Virus record (IMG/VR): IMGVR_UViG_2907546677_000002
Location: 1 to 64,000 of that record
Source of the DNA: a virus
Taxonomy: Duplodnaviria > Caudoviricetes
Direction: 5' to 3' (one strand)
DNA: 64,000 bases
A program made the position numbers and the translations under genes. The notes beneath the pieces are model-generated. The model searched no databases. It saw only the letters and a program-made list of their open reading frames with translations, and had not been told where the DNA came from. This document shows, piece after piece, positions 18,318 through 27,734 of this stretch; within the stretch, counting starts at the first letter, position 1, and each line of letters opens with the position of its first letter.

Positions 18318-19049
18318 TCAGCGTTCGAGGAACGGCTTGAACTGGCGGTCGATGAACACGTTGTATTCTCCCTCCATGATCTCGGCGGCTTTCTTGCCGT
18401 CCTCGATGATCGCGTTCGGGATTCTGGTCTCGCCCCATGTGCTGAACAGGAGTTCCAGAGGCCGGGTCTCCTCCTTGGGATGCTGCATGGCGAATCCCAG
18501 CAGCCGAGCCTGGTTCAGGGTCATTAACGGTTTCACCGTGTCATGGGCCCAGCTGGCGGCCGCCTCCCACACGTCGGGGTCGATGTCGACCGGGTCGGTG
18601 ACCTCATAGGCGAGCAGGTCGCCGTCATCCTCCCGCATGACGCCCGTGGCCGTGTATGCGGCCACCATCGTGAGGGCGAACTCGTTCGGATCGGTGTCCA
18701 CGTCCGGCTCATGCCCTTGGGGCACGTGCAGCAGCGGGTATCCAAGCACGGTCTCGTTCGGGAACCGTTCGTCGCCTTTCAGGATGAGGAAGGGGAGGCT
18801 GATGGCGGGCGTGAACAGTACGCGGTCGTCCGGACTGCCTCCCGGCACCTCGATCAGGCTTGAGGCCGCGTCGCGGATGCGCTGCAGGTAGACGCTGGGG
18901 CGTTCCGCCAGCAGGGGGAGCGGGCTTGCGAATCCCTTGAATAGCAGCGGCTGCTGATGTCCTTCCGATTCGTTATTGTTGCCCGTCTCCCGGTCGTCGC
19001 CGGTTTGGTTTCCGGTCAGGGGCGTGCCGAACATGTCCGTGTAACTCAT
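18318..19049 (-). CDS. hypothetical protein in the VirB4 operon
   Basis: Protein-like from ATG 19049 (MSYTDMFG), which overlaps the VirB4 stop. The upstream part of the listed 438-aa ORF is a VirB4 shadow. Confidence 0.75.
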   Translation of the reverse strand: MSYTDMFGTPLTGNQTGDDRETGNNNESEGHQQPLLFKGFASPLPLLAERPSVYLQRIRDAASSLIEVPGGSPDDRVLFTPAISLPFLILKGDERFPNETVLGYPLLHVPQGHEPDVDTDPNEFALTMVAAYTATGVMREDDGDLLAYEVTDPVDIDPDVWEAAASWAHDTVKPLMTLNQARLLGFAMQHPKEETRPLELLFSTWGETRIPNAIIEDGKKAAEIMEGEYNVFIDRQFKPFLER

Positions 19050-21730
19050 GCTGCTGTCTCCATTCTGATTGTCTGGTTCTCCTTGGCTTTTTCGCGGGCG
19101 ATCTTGTCGGTCGCGGTGGTGGATATCTCCTTGAGAAGGTCGGGCGGTATGACTATTTCGACCGGTACGGGCTGTTTGGATCCGTCGATGAAATAGGCGA
19201 CGGCGCCGCGGACGGTCTTGCCGTTCTTCTTGACGAGTCGTCTCAGGCTCGCCCACTGCGGTTCCTTGTTGTCCTTCGTGTCGTCCAACGCCATGCGGCG
19301 GCGCATCTGTCCGCTGGAGTCCTCGACGTGGAGGAACCGTTCCGCGGCCTTGGCGAGGCTCACGTTGCCGTCCACTTCGGGCGGGTCGTCGAGCGAGAGG
19401 ATGAATCCGCGGCTGACGCCGCCGTTCATGCCCGCGTCGATGAACTCCTGCGTTTTCTGGCTGGCGAACACCGGGGTGAAACGGCGGGATCGTGCCGTTC
19501 GCATCCATTCCTCGACGGTGCAGCTCGCGCCCTTGCCCTTGCCTCCAAGCACCCATGCCTCGTCGACGCCGACCATGCCGTCCCTGCCGGCTATGGAGGC
19601 GCCGGCACCCAGCACGATCATGCGCAGCATCCACTGTTGGAGGCGTCCGGTGGCCGTGTTCTCCGAACCGGCTTCGGGGATGAGCGAACGGTTGCCGGCG
19701 TTGATCAGCGTGAGGTTCTGGCTGGTGCGCAGGGGGTCGATGTCGTCGCTCATGCCGAAGATCAGGCGCATGGGCTGGAAACTCTTCAACGCTATGCGGA
19801 TCTGACGGTACACGTCGAGACAGTTGTCGGGAAGGTTCAGCGCGTCGATGTCCCCGCCGCCCTTCATGGTCTGGGCGTAATCGTGCGCGGCCTTGGCTAT
19901 GGCGGTGCCGGTGACTTTCGCCCCGTGCTGGATGCCGTAGGTCAGCATGGCGGCGATGGCGATCTCAAGCGAGGCGTCATCACTGTTCGGGTGCAGGATG
20001 TCGGACAGCATGATGGCGGACAGCTCCTTCGCCCGGTCCGCGTTGTCCATGACCATGAACGGGTCGAACATGCCGTCCGACAGATCGGAATCGACGCGGA
20101 TGACCTGGCCTCCCGCGGCTCGTATGGCGTCCTCGAAGTCGTCTCCCGACTTGGGGTTGATGAGGATGCATGGGGTGAACCCGCCCTCGCGGGACCTGAT
20201 TCTGGACCATTGGATGAACAGGCTCACCAGCAGCATGCTCTTGCCGGAGCCCGTACGTCCGGCGATGACGATGCCGGGCGCGCGATCCTGATCCTGTACG
20301 GTCGTTGTTCCCACATAGACCGGCTGACGGTTCGCCTCGGTCATCCCGACCAATGCACCCCAGTCGTCGCCGGCGCGCGCGAAACTGCTCGCCCCGGCGC
20401 CGGTGATGCAGGTCGCCGACCAGTGCATCTCATAGGGGGTCATGCGGATCGGGGAGCATGCCTGCATGCTTTTGAACGCCATCAGCTGCTCGTTCGCGGT
20501 CGTCAGGTTCGTGAACTCCAGGCGGGGGATGCGGGACAGGGAGTCGACCGCCATCTGCGAGTTGCCTGCGACACAGGCGGCCACGCTCAGGTCGAGGATG
20601 GTCGGGGGCATGTCGGGGGACTCGTAGATCGACTTCTTGTAGTCGAGGAGACGCTGTATCTCCTTCATGTCTCCCGTGGCCTCATGGTTCTTCTCGTACC
20701 GGTCCTTGATGGCCTCGTCGATGGTGCGGCTGTTGCGGCGGATTTGGTCGGCGGTCACCTTCGACGGTTCGACCCTTCCGCGGATGCTCACGCCGACCGC
20801 GTTCGCCCCTCCCGCGTTGCCCACTTCGAGGAGCTGGGCGAGCCACAGGTTGGAGGGGTCGGAGATCGCGGACTGGGTGAACTCGCTGGACCGGGCGAAG
20901 CACACGCTGGCCGGATACTCGTTGGGGATGTTCCAGTCGGCGCAGTCGACCTCCTGGTCGTAGAGCTTTTTCGCGTTGCGGCACACGTCTGCGTCGGGGA
21001 AGAAATGCAGGTGGTCGTTCTCGGCGATGATGGGCAGTGCGCTGGCGTTCGCGCGGCTGACCCACCATGTCTCCATCATGCTCACGAGCCGTTCCCGTTC
21101 CTGGCTTTCCATGACGCTGAACGGTTCGAGGCCGGCGTTGAGCATGATCCTTTCGATGATGTGCGCGTCGGGCAAGTATTCCTCGAACATGGGGCACCCG
21201 TTGGCGATGCTGTAGCTCATGCGGTCAAGCGACTTCATGCCCCGCTGCATGAGTGTTTCGCCGCGCGGAGGTCTGCCCGATCCGGCCAGGTTGAGGGGAA
21301 CGCCGATGACGGCGAACTGCTTGCGGGTTTTCATGCCGCGGTAATAATAGTTCTGGTATTCGCCCAATGGCTCGTCCCTCATCAGGGATGGGGCCGCGTA
21401 GGGTACGGGCATGCTGCCTGCGAGCAAGTGAAACTCCCGGTATTCGCTTTTGAGCAGACTGCGGTATCGCATTCCGGCGACGGTGACCTGCGCGGCGAGC
21501 CCGTCAAAGAACGCCATGATCTGGTCCGCGACCTCGCGGCGCTTGCTGTCGTTGGCGCCGTCGATCAGCGCGGCGCTCCACGGGATGTTCGCCCAGAGCC
21601 ACACCGTCCTGTCGGGTGTGGCCGCGCGCAGGAGCCCGTATTCGCTGGCCGGGCTGATGAAGCTCTCTGGACGATAGATACTGCCTTTTGACATATTCCC
21701 TACTCTAGGCGAGTTGTCTGTATCGTCCAA
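19046..21730 (-). CDS. virB4: VirB4-like conjugative ATPase
   Basis: About 890 aa; GIVIAGRTGSGKS, ILINPK, GMVGVDEAWVL, ARSRRFTPVFASQ. Start may be ATG 21694. Confidence 0.8.
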   Translation of the reverse strand: MDDTDNSPRVGNMSKGSIYRPESFISPASEYGLLRAATPDRTVWLWANIPWSAALIDGANDSKRREVADQIMAFFDGLAAQVTVAGMRYRSLLKSEYREFHLLAGSMPVPYAAPSLMRDEPLGEYQNYYYRGMKTRKQFAVIGVPLNLAGSGRPPRGETLMQRGMKSLDRMSYSIANGCPMFEEYLPDAHIIERIMLNAGLEPFSVMESQERERLVSMMETWWVSRANASALPIIAENDHLHFFPDADVCRNAKKLYDQEVDCADWNIPNEYPASVCFARSSEFTQSAISDPSNLWLAQLLEVGNAGGANAVGVSIRGRVEPSKVTADQIRRNSRTIDEAIKDRYEKNHEATGDMKEIQRLLDYKKSIYESPDMPPTILDLSVAACVAGNSQMAVDSLSRIPRLEFTNLTTANEQLMAFKSMQACSPIRMTPYEMHWSATCITGAGASSFARAGDDWGALVGMTEANRQPVYVGTTTVQDQDRAPGIVIAGRTGSGKSMLLVSLFIQWSRIRSREGGFTPCILINPKSGDDFEDAIRAAGGQVIRVDSDLSDGMFDPFMVMDNADRAKELSAIMLSDILHPNSDDASLEIAIAAMLTYGIQHGAKVTGTAIAKAAHDYAQTMKGGGDIDALNLPDNCLDVYRQIRIALKSFQPMRLIFGMSDDIDPLRTSQNLTLINAGNRSLIPEAGSENTATGRLQQWMLRMIVLGAGASIAGRDGMVGVDEAWVLGGKGKGASCTVEEWMRTARSRRFTPVFASQKTQEFIDAGMNGGVSRGFILSLDDPPEVDGNVSLAKAAERFLHVEDSSGQMRRRMALDDTKDNKEPQWASLRRLVKKNGKTVRGAVAYFIDGSKQPVPVEIVIPPDLLKEISTTATDKIAREKAKENQTIRMETAA

Positions 21731-21777
21731 ATATGTTTGTCAGGCGTTGAATCGCAAGGATTCCCAGGATTCATCCC

Positions 21778-21803
21778 ACGAGATACACTGTGAAGCTCTG
21801 CGC
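21778..21803 (+). promoter_or_regulatory. degenerate copy of the 26-bp motif, pointing away from virB4
   Basis: ACGAGATACACTGTGAAGCTCTGCGC; no + strand gene follows. Confidence 0.45.
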
Positions 21804-21817
21804 AGAATCCGGCCTTG

Positions 21818-22123
21818 TCAGGAGTTTCGGGCGACCGTGTTGGCCTGGGTCATGGACATGGCCTCGTCGATTTTCCGCTCCAGTTCCGGCGTCAGCATGA
21901 GATCGTCCGCGTAATGGAACGCCTTGCGCCACAGGGTGCTGTCCCTGGAGCGCCGCAAGGCCACGGACCCCTTGTACGATTGGAGGCGGAAACCACGCCC
22001 CCCATCGTCGGCGTACAGGCGCAAAGCCCTCACCAGGACGGGAGTCCCGTCATTCAGGGTGGACTCCAAGGGCGGGTCCAGTTTTATGATGATGTCGGCG
22101 GTGACCGCCCTCAGTTCCGTCAT
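21818..22123 (-). CDS. hypothetical protein, paralog of 13788..14078
   Basis: IKLDPPLESTLNDGTPVLVR...WRKAFHYADDL..ELERKIDEA. Confidence 0.65.
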   Translation of the reverse strand: MTELRAVTADIIIKLDPPLESTLNDGTPVLVRALRLYADDGGRGFRLQSYKGSVALRRSRDSTLWRKAFHYADDLMLTPELERKIDEAMSMTQANTVARNS

Positions 22124-22653
22124 GATTCCACCCGCTTCCTCGTGATGAACATGCAGCTGGTTCGTGATCCGGCGATCACCTCGTCCAATGGTCTCGGATC
22201 ATCGTCCCATTCCTGCGTGCACAGGATGTAGTCCCTCAACGGGAACCCGACGCCGGTCGTTATCTGGTCGACCTCGACCCACCGGGTCGCCTTCCGGTCC
22301 AGTATCCCCCTGGGCGTGGTGTATCCGGCGGAGGACACCATGCCGCGCCGGTAATGGTCGCCGATGGCGTGAATCCGGCCTTGGAGGTATGCGCGTTTCT
22401 CGTCGTCGACGTAGAGCGTGAACCTTCCGCTGAACCGCATGCTTTCGAGGCTGGCTATCCAGTTGAACGGGATGAGAGCTCGGCCGCCGTTCTTCTCCGC
22501 GTGCTCGCGGATGATGTCGATGATCGTCCGGGATGTGCGGAGGTTGTAGATGACCCTCGTGTCCTCGCTCAGTTTGACCGTCTTGACGCCGACCGAGGTC
22601 TTCTCGCTCATGCGCAAGAGTATCGTCCGTCGGCTTATGAGGCTTTCGTACAT
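22120..22653 (-). CDS. hypothetical protein, possible PUA/EVE-like fold; paralog of upstream gene
   Basis: Start ATG 22653 (MYESL) after a GGAG SD. HAEKNGGRALI / LQGRIHAIG / RWVEVDQI / PLDEV align with the neighbour. Confidence 0.65.
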   Translation of the reverse strand: MYESLISRRTILLRMSEKTSVGVKTVKLSEDTRVIYNLRTSRTIIDIIREHAEKNGGRALIPFNWIASLESMRFSGRFTLYVDDEKRAYLQGRIHAIGDHYRRGMVSSAGYTTPRGILDRKATRWVEVDQITTGVGFPLRDYILCTQEWDDDPRPLDEVIAGSRTSCMFITRKRVES

Positions 22654-23147
22654 CAGTCGGCTCCTTCCTTGGGGATGATCCTGGCGACCGGGATCCGGCC
22701 GTTCCGGTAATTGACTTCGCTTAGAGGCTTCTTCTCGGCCTCCGTGACGTACGTGTAGTCTGCCGGGGCGAGTCCTTTGAACTGGCGTACGTTGTCGAGC
22801 GCGAACCAGAATCTTCCCGGCATCACGTTCCAGGGTTTCGGCCGTCGATAGGATTCGTCGTCCCATTCCTCCGGGTCGTAGTATTTGCCCGATGCGGCCA
22901 CGTCGCCGATGAGCATGAGATCGGTCTTCAACGCCCACAATATGATGTGGTCGATGTCCTTCAGCGATGAGGAGTTCTGCATGCTGTACACCCACAGGAC
23001 GCGGCCGCCGTGGTGGGCGGCGAAGTCGAGGTGTTCGGCGATGACGGCCTTGGGCGGAAAGTAGGGCGCGAACTGCTTGCCGCCGTGGTGCGAGTATCCG
23101 ATGCGGGTGAGCACCGTGGTCCCGCTGATTGTCTCATGTCCGTTCAT
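22653..23147 (-). CDS. hypothetical protein, possible PUA/EVE-like fold
   Basis: FAAHHGGRVLW / LIGDVAASG / FWFALDNV / PLSEV; first gene after motif copy 4. Confidence 0.7.
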   Translation of the reverse strand: MNGHETISGTTVLTRIGYSHHGGKQFAPYFPPKAVIAEHLDFAAHHGGRVLWVYSMQNSSSLKDIDHIILWALKTDLMLIGDVAASGKYYDPEEWDDESYRRPKPWNVMPGRFWFALDNVRQFKGLAPADYTYVTEAEKKPLSEVNYRNGRIPVARIIPKEGAD

Positions 23148-23159
23148 GGTTTCATCCTA

Positions 23160-23429
23160 TCATGTGCAGACTTTTTCAGTATCGCACGTCGGAGTGGCGG
23201 AAAGCCGCCGCCAATACAAGAACGACGGAATCGGCGCGACGATCCCCGCAGCCAAGAAGACGGTGCACAACACCAGTCTGACCCGTCCCGGCGAAGCCAG
23301 AAGAACAACGAAGACGACGCCCGCGACGGCGTACAGGACGCCCGAGCACACCATCGCGGCGAACATGCTCCACGCCTCCCTCGTCTCCCGTTTCCGGGCA
23401 CGCGCGGCGGCCCGACCGTCAGCATCCAT
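23160..23429 (-). CDS. small 2-TM membrane protein
   Basis: Two hydrophobic helices; operon-like overlap with the upstream gene. Confidence 0.55.
   Translation of the reverse strand: MDADGRAAARARKRETREAWSMFAAMVCSGVLYAVAGVVFVVLLASPGRVRLVLCTVFLAAGIVAPIPSFLYWRRLSATPTCDTEKVCT
23164..23189 (-). promoter_or_regulatory. 26-bp motif copy 4 (variant -10)
   Basis: ACGTGCGATACTGAAAAAGTCTGCAC. Confidence 0.6.
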
Positions 23430-23793
23430 CGCTATCCCGTCCTTTCCAGGACGGGTTCTTCTGCCGTTCGCACTCCTCCTTGAGGAACGGATAGGTCTCC
23501 GCGATCTCGTCCAACACCATGACCTTCAGCCCGGCCTTCCCCTCGTCGGGAACACACAGGAGCAGCCGGTCGTAGTTGGTCAGCATGTGACGCACGTAGT
23601 TGACCGTCCAGCGCTGCTTCGTCCGGCTGTCGGCGCGCTCCTCGCGGCAGTCCGCTACGCTCCGGTTCTTCTGCCGAAGGCTCATGTGCTGGAGCGCGGC
23701 CATCTTCCTCAACTGGGTTTCGGGTACGAGCCGGATGCGTATGCGGTCGCGCACCGGTCGCCCGGGCTGGTCAATGCTTGTTTGCCCTGTCAA
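23419..23793 (-). CDS. hypothetical protein
   Basis: TTG start overlaps the upstream TGA, with AAAGG SD. Contains TVNYVRHMLTNYD...IAETYPFLKEEC. Confidence 0.6.
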   Translation of the reverse strand: MTGQTSIDQPGRPVRDRIRIRLVPETQLRKMAALQHMSLRQKNRSVADCREERADSRTKQRWTVNYVRHMLTNYDRLLLCVPDEGKAGLKVMVLDEIAETYPFLKEECERQKNPSWKGRDSDGC

Positions 23794-24098
23794 GATGCCC
23801 TGCCTTTGCCCGACGCCGGCGTGTACCCGTTGAACGAGCATTGGGTGCGGTCCGCGACGTCCAGGGCGAACGGGTCCGTCAGGGGGAGTGGCGTCCACTG
23901 TTCGTCCCCCACTGTTTTCACGACGACGTTCAATGGCATCCAATGACCGGTCTTGGGATTGGTGGCTCCCGTGATCGTGGTTTCGACCACGATGGCCGGC
24001 TTCCCGTTGATGGTGATGACGGGGCGGAGTCGTTCGCCGGGGTATTGGATGGTGGCGTACTCGGCGACGGGCTTGCCCGTATCGTGTTCTTCCGTCAA
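23790..24098 (-). CDS. hypothetical protein
   Basis: GGAG SD; 4-nt overlaps with both neighbours. Confidence 0.6.
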   Translation of the reverse strand: MTEEHDTGKPVAEYATIQYPGERLRPVITINGKPAIVVETTITGATNPKTGHWMPLNVVVKTVGDEQWTPLPLTDPFALDVADRTQCSFNGYTPASGKGRAS

Positions 24099-24685
24099 TG
24101 TTCAGGCTCCTTTCCGAAGGTCTCTTTCTTCATGGCCTCGTACACCTGCTGTTCCTGTATTGCGTCGGACAGTGCTCGGTGGGCCTCGTTGTCCGCGATC
24201 CCGTAGTAGACGATCAGGTCGGTGACGCGATGGCGCAGTCTCATGGGGTGCAGGCGTCTCGCCATTTCCAGCGTGTCCGTCCAGGGATGGTCGAATGTGG
24301 TGCCGGCCAGCGAGGCCATCATGTCGAGGAAGCCGATGTCGAACGGCGCGTTGTGGGCCATGACCACGGTTCCGGTGTGCAGCCACCGGTCGAACATGCG
24401 GGTCGTCTGGATGACGTCTGGCTGGCCGATGAGCATGCGGTTGGTGATGCCGGTCAGCTGCGTGACTTCCCATGGGATTATCGCGCCGGGGTTGATGAGT
24501 GTTTCGAACGTGTCGGCGCGGTGTCCGTTGGTGACGCGGACGGCGCCTATCTCGATGGGCATCGCGCCCGTCTTGACGTCGAGTCCGGTCGTTTCCAGGT
24601 CGACGACGACGTAATCGGACAGCGGGGCTCGCATGGGGTCCAGTCTGCGTGGGTCCCGGTATGTGTGTCGTGTCCTTTCCGGCAT
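24095..24685 (-). CDS. DEDDh 3'-5' exonuclease (DNA Pol III epsilon-like)
   Basis: VVVDLETTG, VMAHNAPFDIGFL, WTDTL, AHRALSDA. Confidence 0.9.
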   Translation of the reverse strand: MPERTRHTYRDPRRLDPMRAPLSDYVVVDLETTGLDVKTGAMPIEIGAVRVTNGHRADTFETLINPGAIIPWEVTQLTGITNRMLIGQPDVIQTTRMFDRWLHTGTVVMAHNAPFDIGFLDMMASLAGTTFDHPWTDTLEMARRLHPMRLRHRVTDLIVYYGIADNEAHRALSDAIQEQQVYEAMKKETFGKEPEH

Positions 24686-24694
24686 GGCTGTCTC

Positions 24695-24973
24695 CTATCG
24701 GCCGGTCGCGCTGGTGTTGTCGCGCGTGCTGTCGCCTGCTTCGAGGATGTGCCGGATGATGTTTACCGCGGTGTCCTGGTCCCAGTCCTGTCCGGCGTAT
24801 TTGTTGAGGGTCGCGGCCATTGATTCCAGTTCCTTGGGGGTGCGCTGGCGTTTCGCGCCGGCGGTGTAGTTGCGGCGTTGCATGAGTGCGACCTGTTCCC
24901 GGTCGAGGAGTGGCATGATGGCGCCTTGGTCGACCGGGTAGCGTTCTTCGAGTTCGTCGGTGAGGATGCTCAT
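24695..24973 (-). CDS. hypothetical protein
   Basis: AAAGGA SD; first gene after motif copy 5. Confidence 0.65.
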   Translation of the reverse strand: MSILTDELEERYPVDQGAIMPLLDREQVALMQRRNYTAGAKRQRTPKELESMAATLNKYAGQDWDQDTAVNIIRHILEAGDSTRDNTSATGR

Positions 24974-25004
24974 TGTCTTCCTTTCTGGATGCGAATACTA
25001 TTTT

Positions 25005-25030
25005 GTGTGGACGTCAACAGTATATCACGT
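25005..25030 (-). promoter_or_regulatory. 26-bp motif copy 5
   Basis: ACGTGATATACTGTTGACGTCCACAC. Confidence 0.8.
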
Positions 25031-25057
25031 CAGAAGGGTCTTCGAAGGCGGGGACGA

Positions 25058-25420
25058 TCAGCACGACACCACGTAGTCGGGATGCCGCACGCAGTAGTCG
25101 CGCACGGACGTCAGCCACAGGATCGCCGCCGCCACCGTGGCATGAGAAGTTTCATACCGGTCCACGAGCATGCCGCGGTCCGCGCGCCGGATGGCGGCAA
25201 GCGCCTCGGTGATGCGACGCGCAGCCTCGCCCCCGGTCAGACCGTTCAGATCATGCCGTGGGTTGACATGGTAGGCGGCGTACAAGCCGCTCAAGGCGGT
25301 CGAAGTCGTGTAGCGCCTGCCTTTCGACTCGCCCCACTCGAAATCGCCTTCACGCCCGCACACATCATAGAGGCAGTCCGCGGGGATGTCCCGGCGGGCG
25401 ACATACAGGTCACCGCTCAC
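25058..25420 (-). CDS. hypothetical protein
   Basis: GTG start overlapping the methyltransferase TGA, with GGAGG SD. Confidence 0.6.
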   Translation of the reverse strand: MSGDLYVARRDIPADCLYDVCGREGDFEWGESKGRRYTTSTALSGLYAAYHVNPRHDLNGLTGGEAARRITEALAAIRRADRGMLVDRYETSHATVAAAILWLTSVRDYCVRHPDYVVSC

Positions 25421-26918
25421 TCCGACTCCTCCTCCGCCCTTTGGATACGTTCCCCGATCCACCGCATGACCGGTACGGCCATGCTGTTGCCCAACGCCTT
25501 GTACCGTTTCGAGTCCGGCGCGGGCTTGCCCCGATACGGCACATCCGTATACCCGTCAGGGAAACCCTGCAGCCGTTCACACTCCACCGGGGTCAGACGG
25601 CGCACCGTCAGGCCGGCCGTCTCGTCGTCATCCATGCCGTCTCCTTTCGGGGGGGGGATAAGCACCTGCATGTTGCCCGTGCTGAGCGTCGCGCCCATGT
25701 CCGTCTGAACCAGCGCGCCTTTCCCGCCGCCTTCCGGCTTGCCGCAACGCACCTGCAGGGTTACGGGAGACTCAGGATTCACTGCCGTCCCTTCCGACGG
25801 ATATATGTACGGGTTGGCCTTGAAGGCGTGGGCGGTCAACGTGCCCGCGCAATCCTCGTCAGCAGCGGAGTTCACGGCCATGTCCATACGGCACACGTAC
25901 GTCTGGTTCTTGCCCGGACGGGCGGCCAGAGCGCCGCTGACCGGCGTCTCACGGATCTCGTTCCTCTGGTTCTGGGCGAACGGGAGCACGGCGGGCGCAT
26001 GATCGGTTTTCAGCGTGGGCGACGTGTCTTCGGATATGGCGAGGCTCCCTGCATGGCCGCTTACGCCTGTGTTCGTGTTGAACGCCACGGCCATGCTGTT
26101 GTTCGTGTCCAACGTGTCGGCCACCTGACCGTCCTTGACCGGACTGCCGTTGCTGTTCGTGTTCGCGGTCTGCACCGTCAGCACCGCCTGCTGGTTCTGG
26201 CCGCTGCCGCCTCGCGCCGCCAAGGTGGGGCTCACGCCATCGGCGGAGTAGACCCGCCGGGCTTGGTTCTCCCCTCTGGTGAGGTTTCCTCCAACGCCCT
26301 GATCTGCATCTCCAACGCCGCCGCGAGCCGCTTGGGCAAGGGCTTTCCTCTTCTCCCTGCCCGACGTAAAATCCCACGACAGGCCCTGCTCGTCAAAAAG
26401 TACTTCCGCGGCACGCTGGTCTCCAAGATGTCCGACAAGAAACAGACGTTCGCGCCGCTGGGGTACGTCGAAGAACTCCGCATCCAATACTCGCCATGCC
26501 AGACCGTACCCGAGCGCATCCATTTCGGACAGGAGCTGCCTGTAAGACCCCCCCGCTCGCTTGAGAGCGCTCCCGGCACGTTCTCCCAGACAAACCAAGC
26601 CGGACGGAGTTCACGTACCGCTCGAATGTACTCGAACATGAGTCCGGATGCTCCGGCGAGTCCTTCCCGTTTTCCGGCGATGCTGAAGGACTGACATGGA
26701 GATCCCCCAACAACAATGTCTGCTGTTCCCACATAAGGAGTCCAATCCACTTTTGTGATGTCCCCGAGATTCGGGACGTTCGGATAATGGTGTTTCAGCA
26801 CGGCGCTGGGGAAGGGGTCGATTTCGCAGAACGCTATCGGCTCCCATCCGAGTGGCCGCCATGCGACGGTCGCGGCTTCGATGCCGCTGAACAGGCTGAC
26901 GTATTTGAGTTTGCGCAT
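25417..26918 (-). pseudogene. C5 DNA cytosine methyltransferase, frameshifted at G7 tract (26548-26554)
   Basis: Motif I SLFSGIE, IV GGSPCQ and VI WENVPG are in one frame; VIII QRRERLFLVG, IX RRLTPVECERLQGFP and X KALGNSMAV are in another. G8 would give SSERGGSYRQLL and a 500-aa protein. Confidence 0.9.
26232..26734 (-). pseudogene. overlapping alternative-frame polypeptide inside the MTase gene, broken by the same G7 tract
   Basis: MWEQQTLLLGDLHVSPS...SGRTCRERSQASGG joins LTGSSCPKWMRSG...LSDILETSVPRKYFLTSRACRGILRRAGRRGKPLP when one G is added (167 aa). Confidence 0.65.
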
Positions 26919-27025
26919 GTCAGCTGGGGCGGGGTGCGTTGGATTCCTGTGTGGTCGTGGTGATGAATGACCCATCCCATGGTGTCATCGGCGGGGCTCC
27001 TCTCGTGGATTCGCGTACAGTTTTT

Positions 27026-27051
27026 GTGTGGACTGTTACAGTGTATCACGT
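27026..27051 (-). promoter_or_regulatory. 26-bp motif copy 6
   Basis: ACGTGATACACTGTAACAGTCCACAC, with internal ACTGT-a-ACAGT dyad. Confidence 0.85.
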
Positions 27052-27075
27052 GAGAAGTCGGATGGGGCGTTAAGG

Positions 27076-27552
27076 TCAGAATCGTTGCGGGTCGAATGTC
27101 TTGCATCCGGTGCGGTTCGGCTGTTTGTTGCCGAAAAGCGGCTTGCACGTGGTGAGCTTGAGAATCTGAGAGACGGGTATCTGCGTCTCATTCCATTTGA
27201 GAATCAACACGCCATGCTCTTTCAGGACGCGGAAACACTCGCCGAACATGGTCTTGATGTCTGTTTGCCATGTCTCTCGGTCGAGGCACCCGTATTTCTG
27301 CGCCATGTAGCTCGCCTCTCCCGCATTGCGCAAGTGTGGCGGGTCGAGCACGACCATGCGGAACGTCTCGTCAGGGAACGGCAGATCGCGGTAGTCCATC
27401 AGCATGTCCGGTCTGACCTCGAATCTGCGTCCGTCACATAGTTCCCAACTTTCGTCGCGCACGTCACCGAAGAGCACACGGCTGTCTGACTTGTCGAACC
27501 AGAACATTCGCCCGCCGCAAGCAGGGTCAAGAACTGGCTGATATGCGTTCAT
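27076..27552 (-). CDS. phage-type SAM-dependent (amino) DNA methyltransferase, C-terminus probably replaced
   Basis: VLDPACGGRMFWFDK, MVVLDPPHL, GECFRVLK, KWNETQI, PLFGNKQ; ends abruptly in CKTFDPQRF. Confidence 0.75.
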   Translation of the reverse strand: MNAYQPVLDPACGGRMFWFDKSDSRVLFGDVRDESWELCDGRRFEVRPDMLMDYRDLPFPDETFRMVVLDPPHLRNAGEASYMAQKYGCLDRETWQTDIKTMFGECFRVLKEHGVLILKWNETQIPVSQILKLTTCKPLFGNKQPNRTGCKTFDPQRF

Positions 27553-27734
27553 TTGTCTGCCTCCATTTCCTTGAGGATTCGATTGCATTCGCGGCGGATA
27601 CGTTGCACCTCGGTCTTGGTGAGGATGATGTAGTATTGGCCGGTCGATGTGCGGAAGACCATTCGCGCCATCGGCCTGCCGTCTACGGTGTTGAAGGCGT
27701 CTAGACTGAATCCGCCGTCGTCCATCCAGTTCAT
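27549..27734 (-). CDS. small phage-type hypothetical protein
   Basis: MNWMDDGG...RRECNRILKEMEADK; overlaps the next start. Confidence 0.55.
   Translation of the reverse strand: MNWMDDGGFSLDAFNTVDGRPMARMVFRTSTGQYYIILTKTEVQRIRRECNRILKEMEADK

Noticed and set aside
18318-19634. 438-aa ORF as listed
   Set aside because: The first ~195 codons overlap virB4 in another frame; only the part from ATG 19049 is protein-like.
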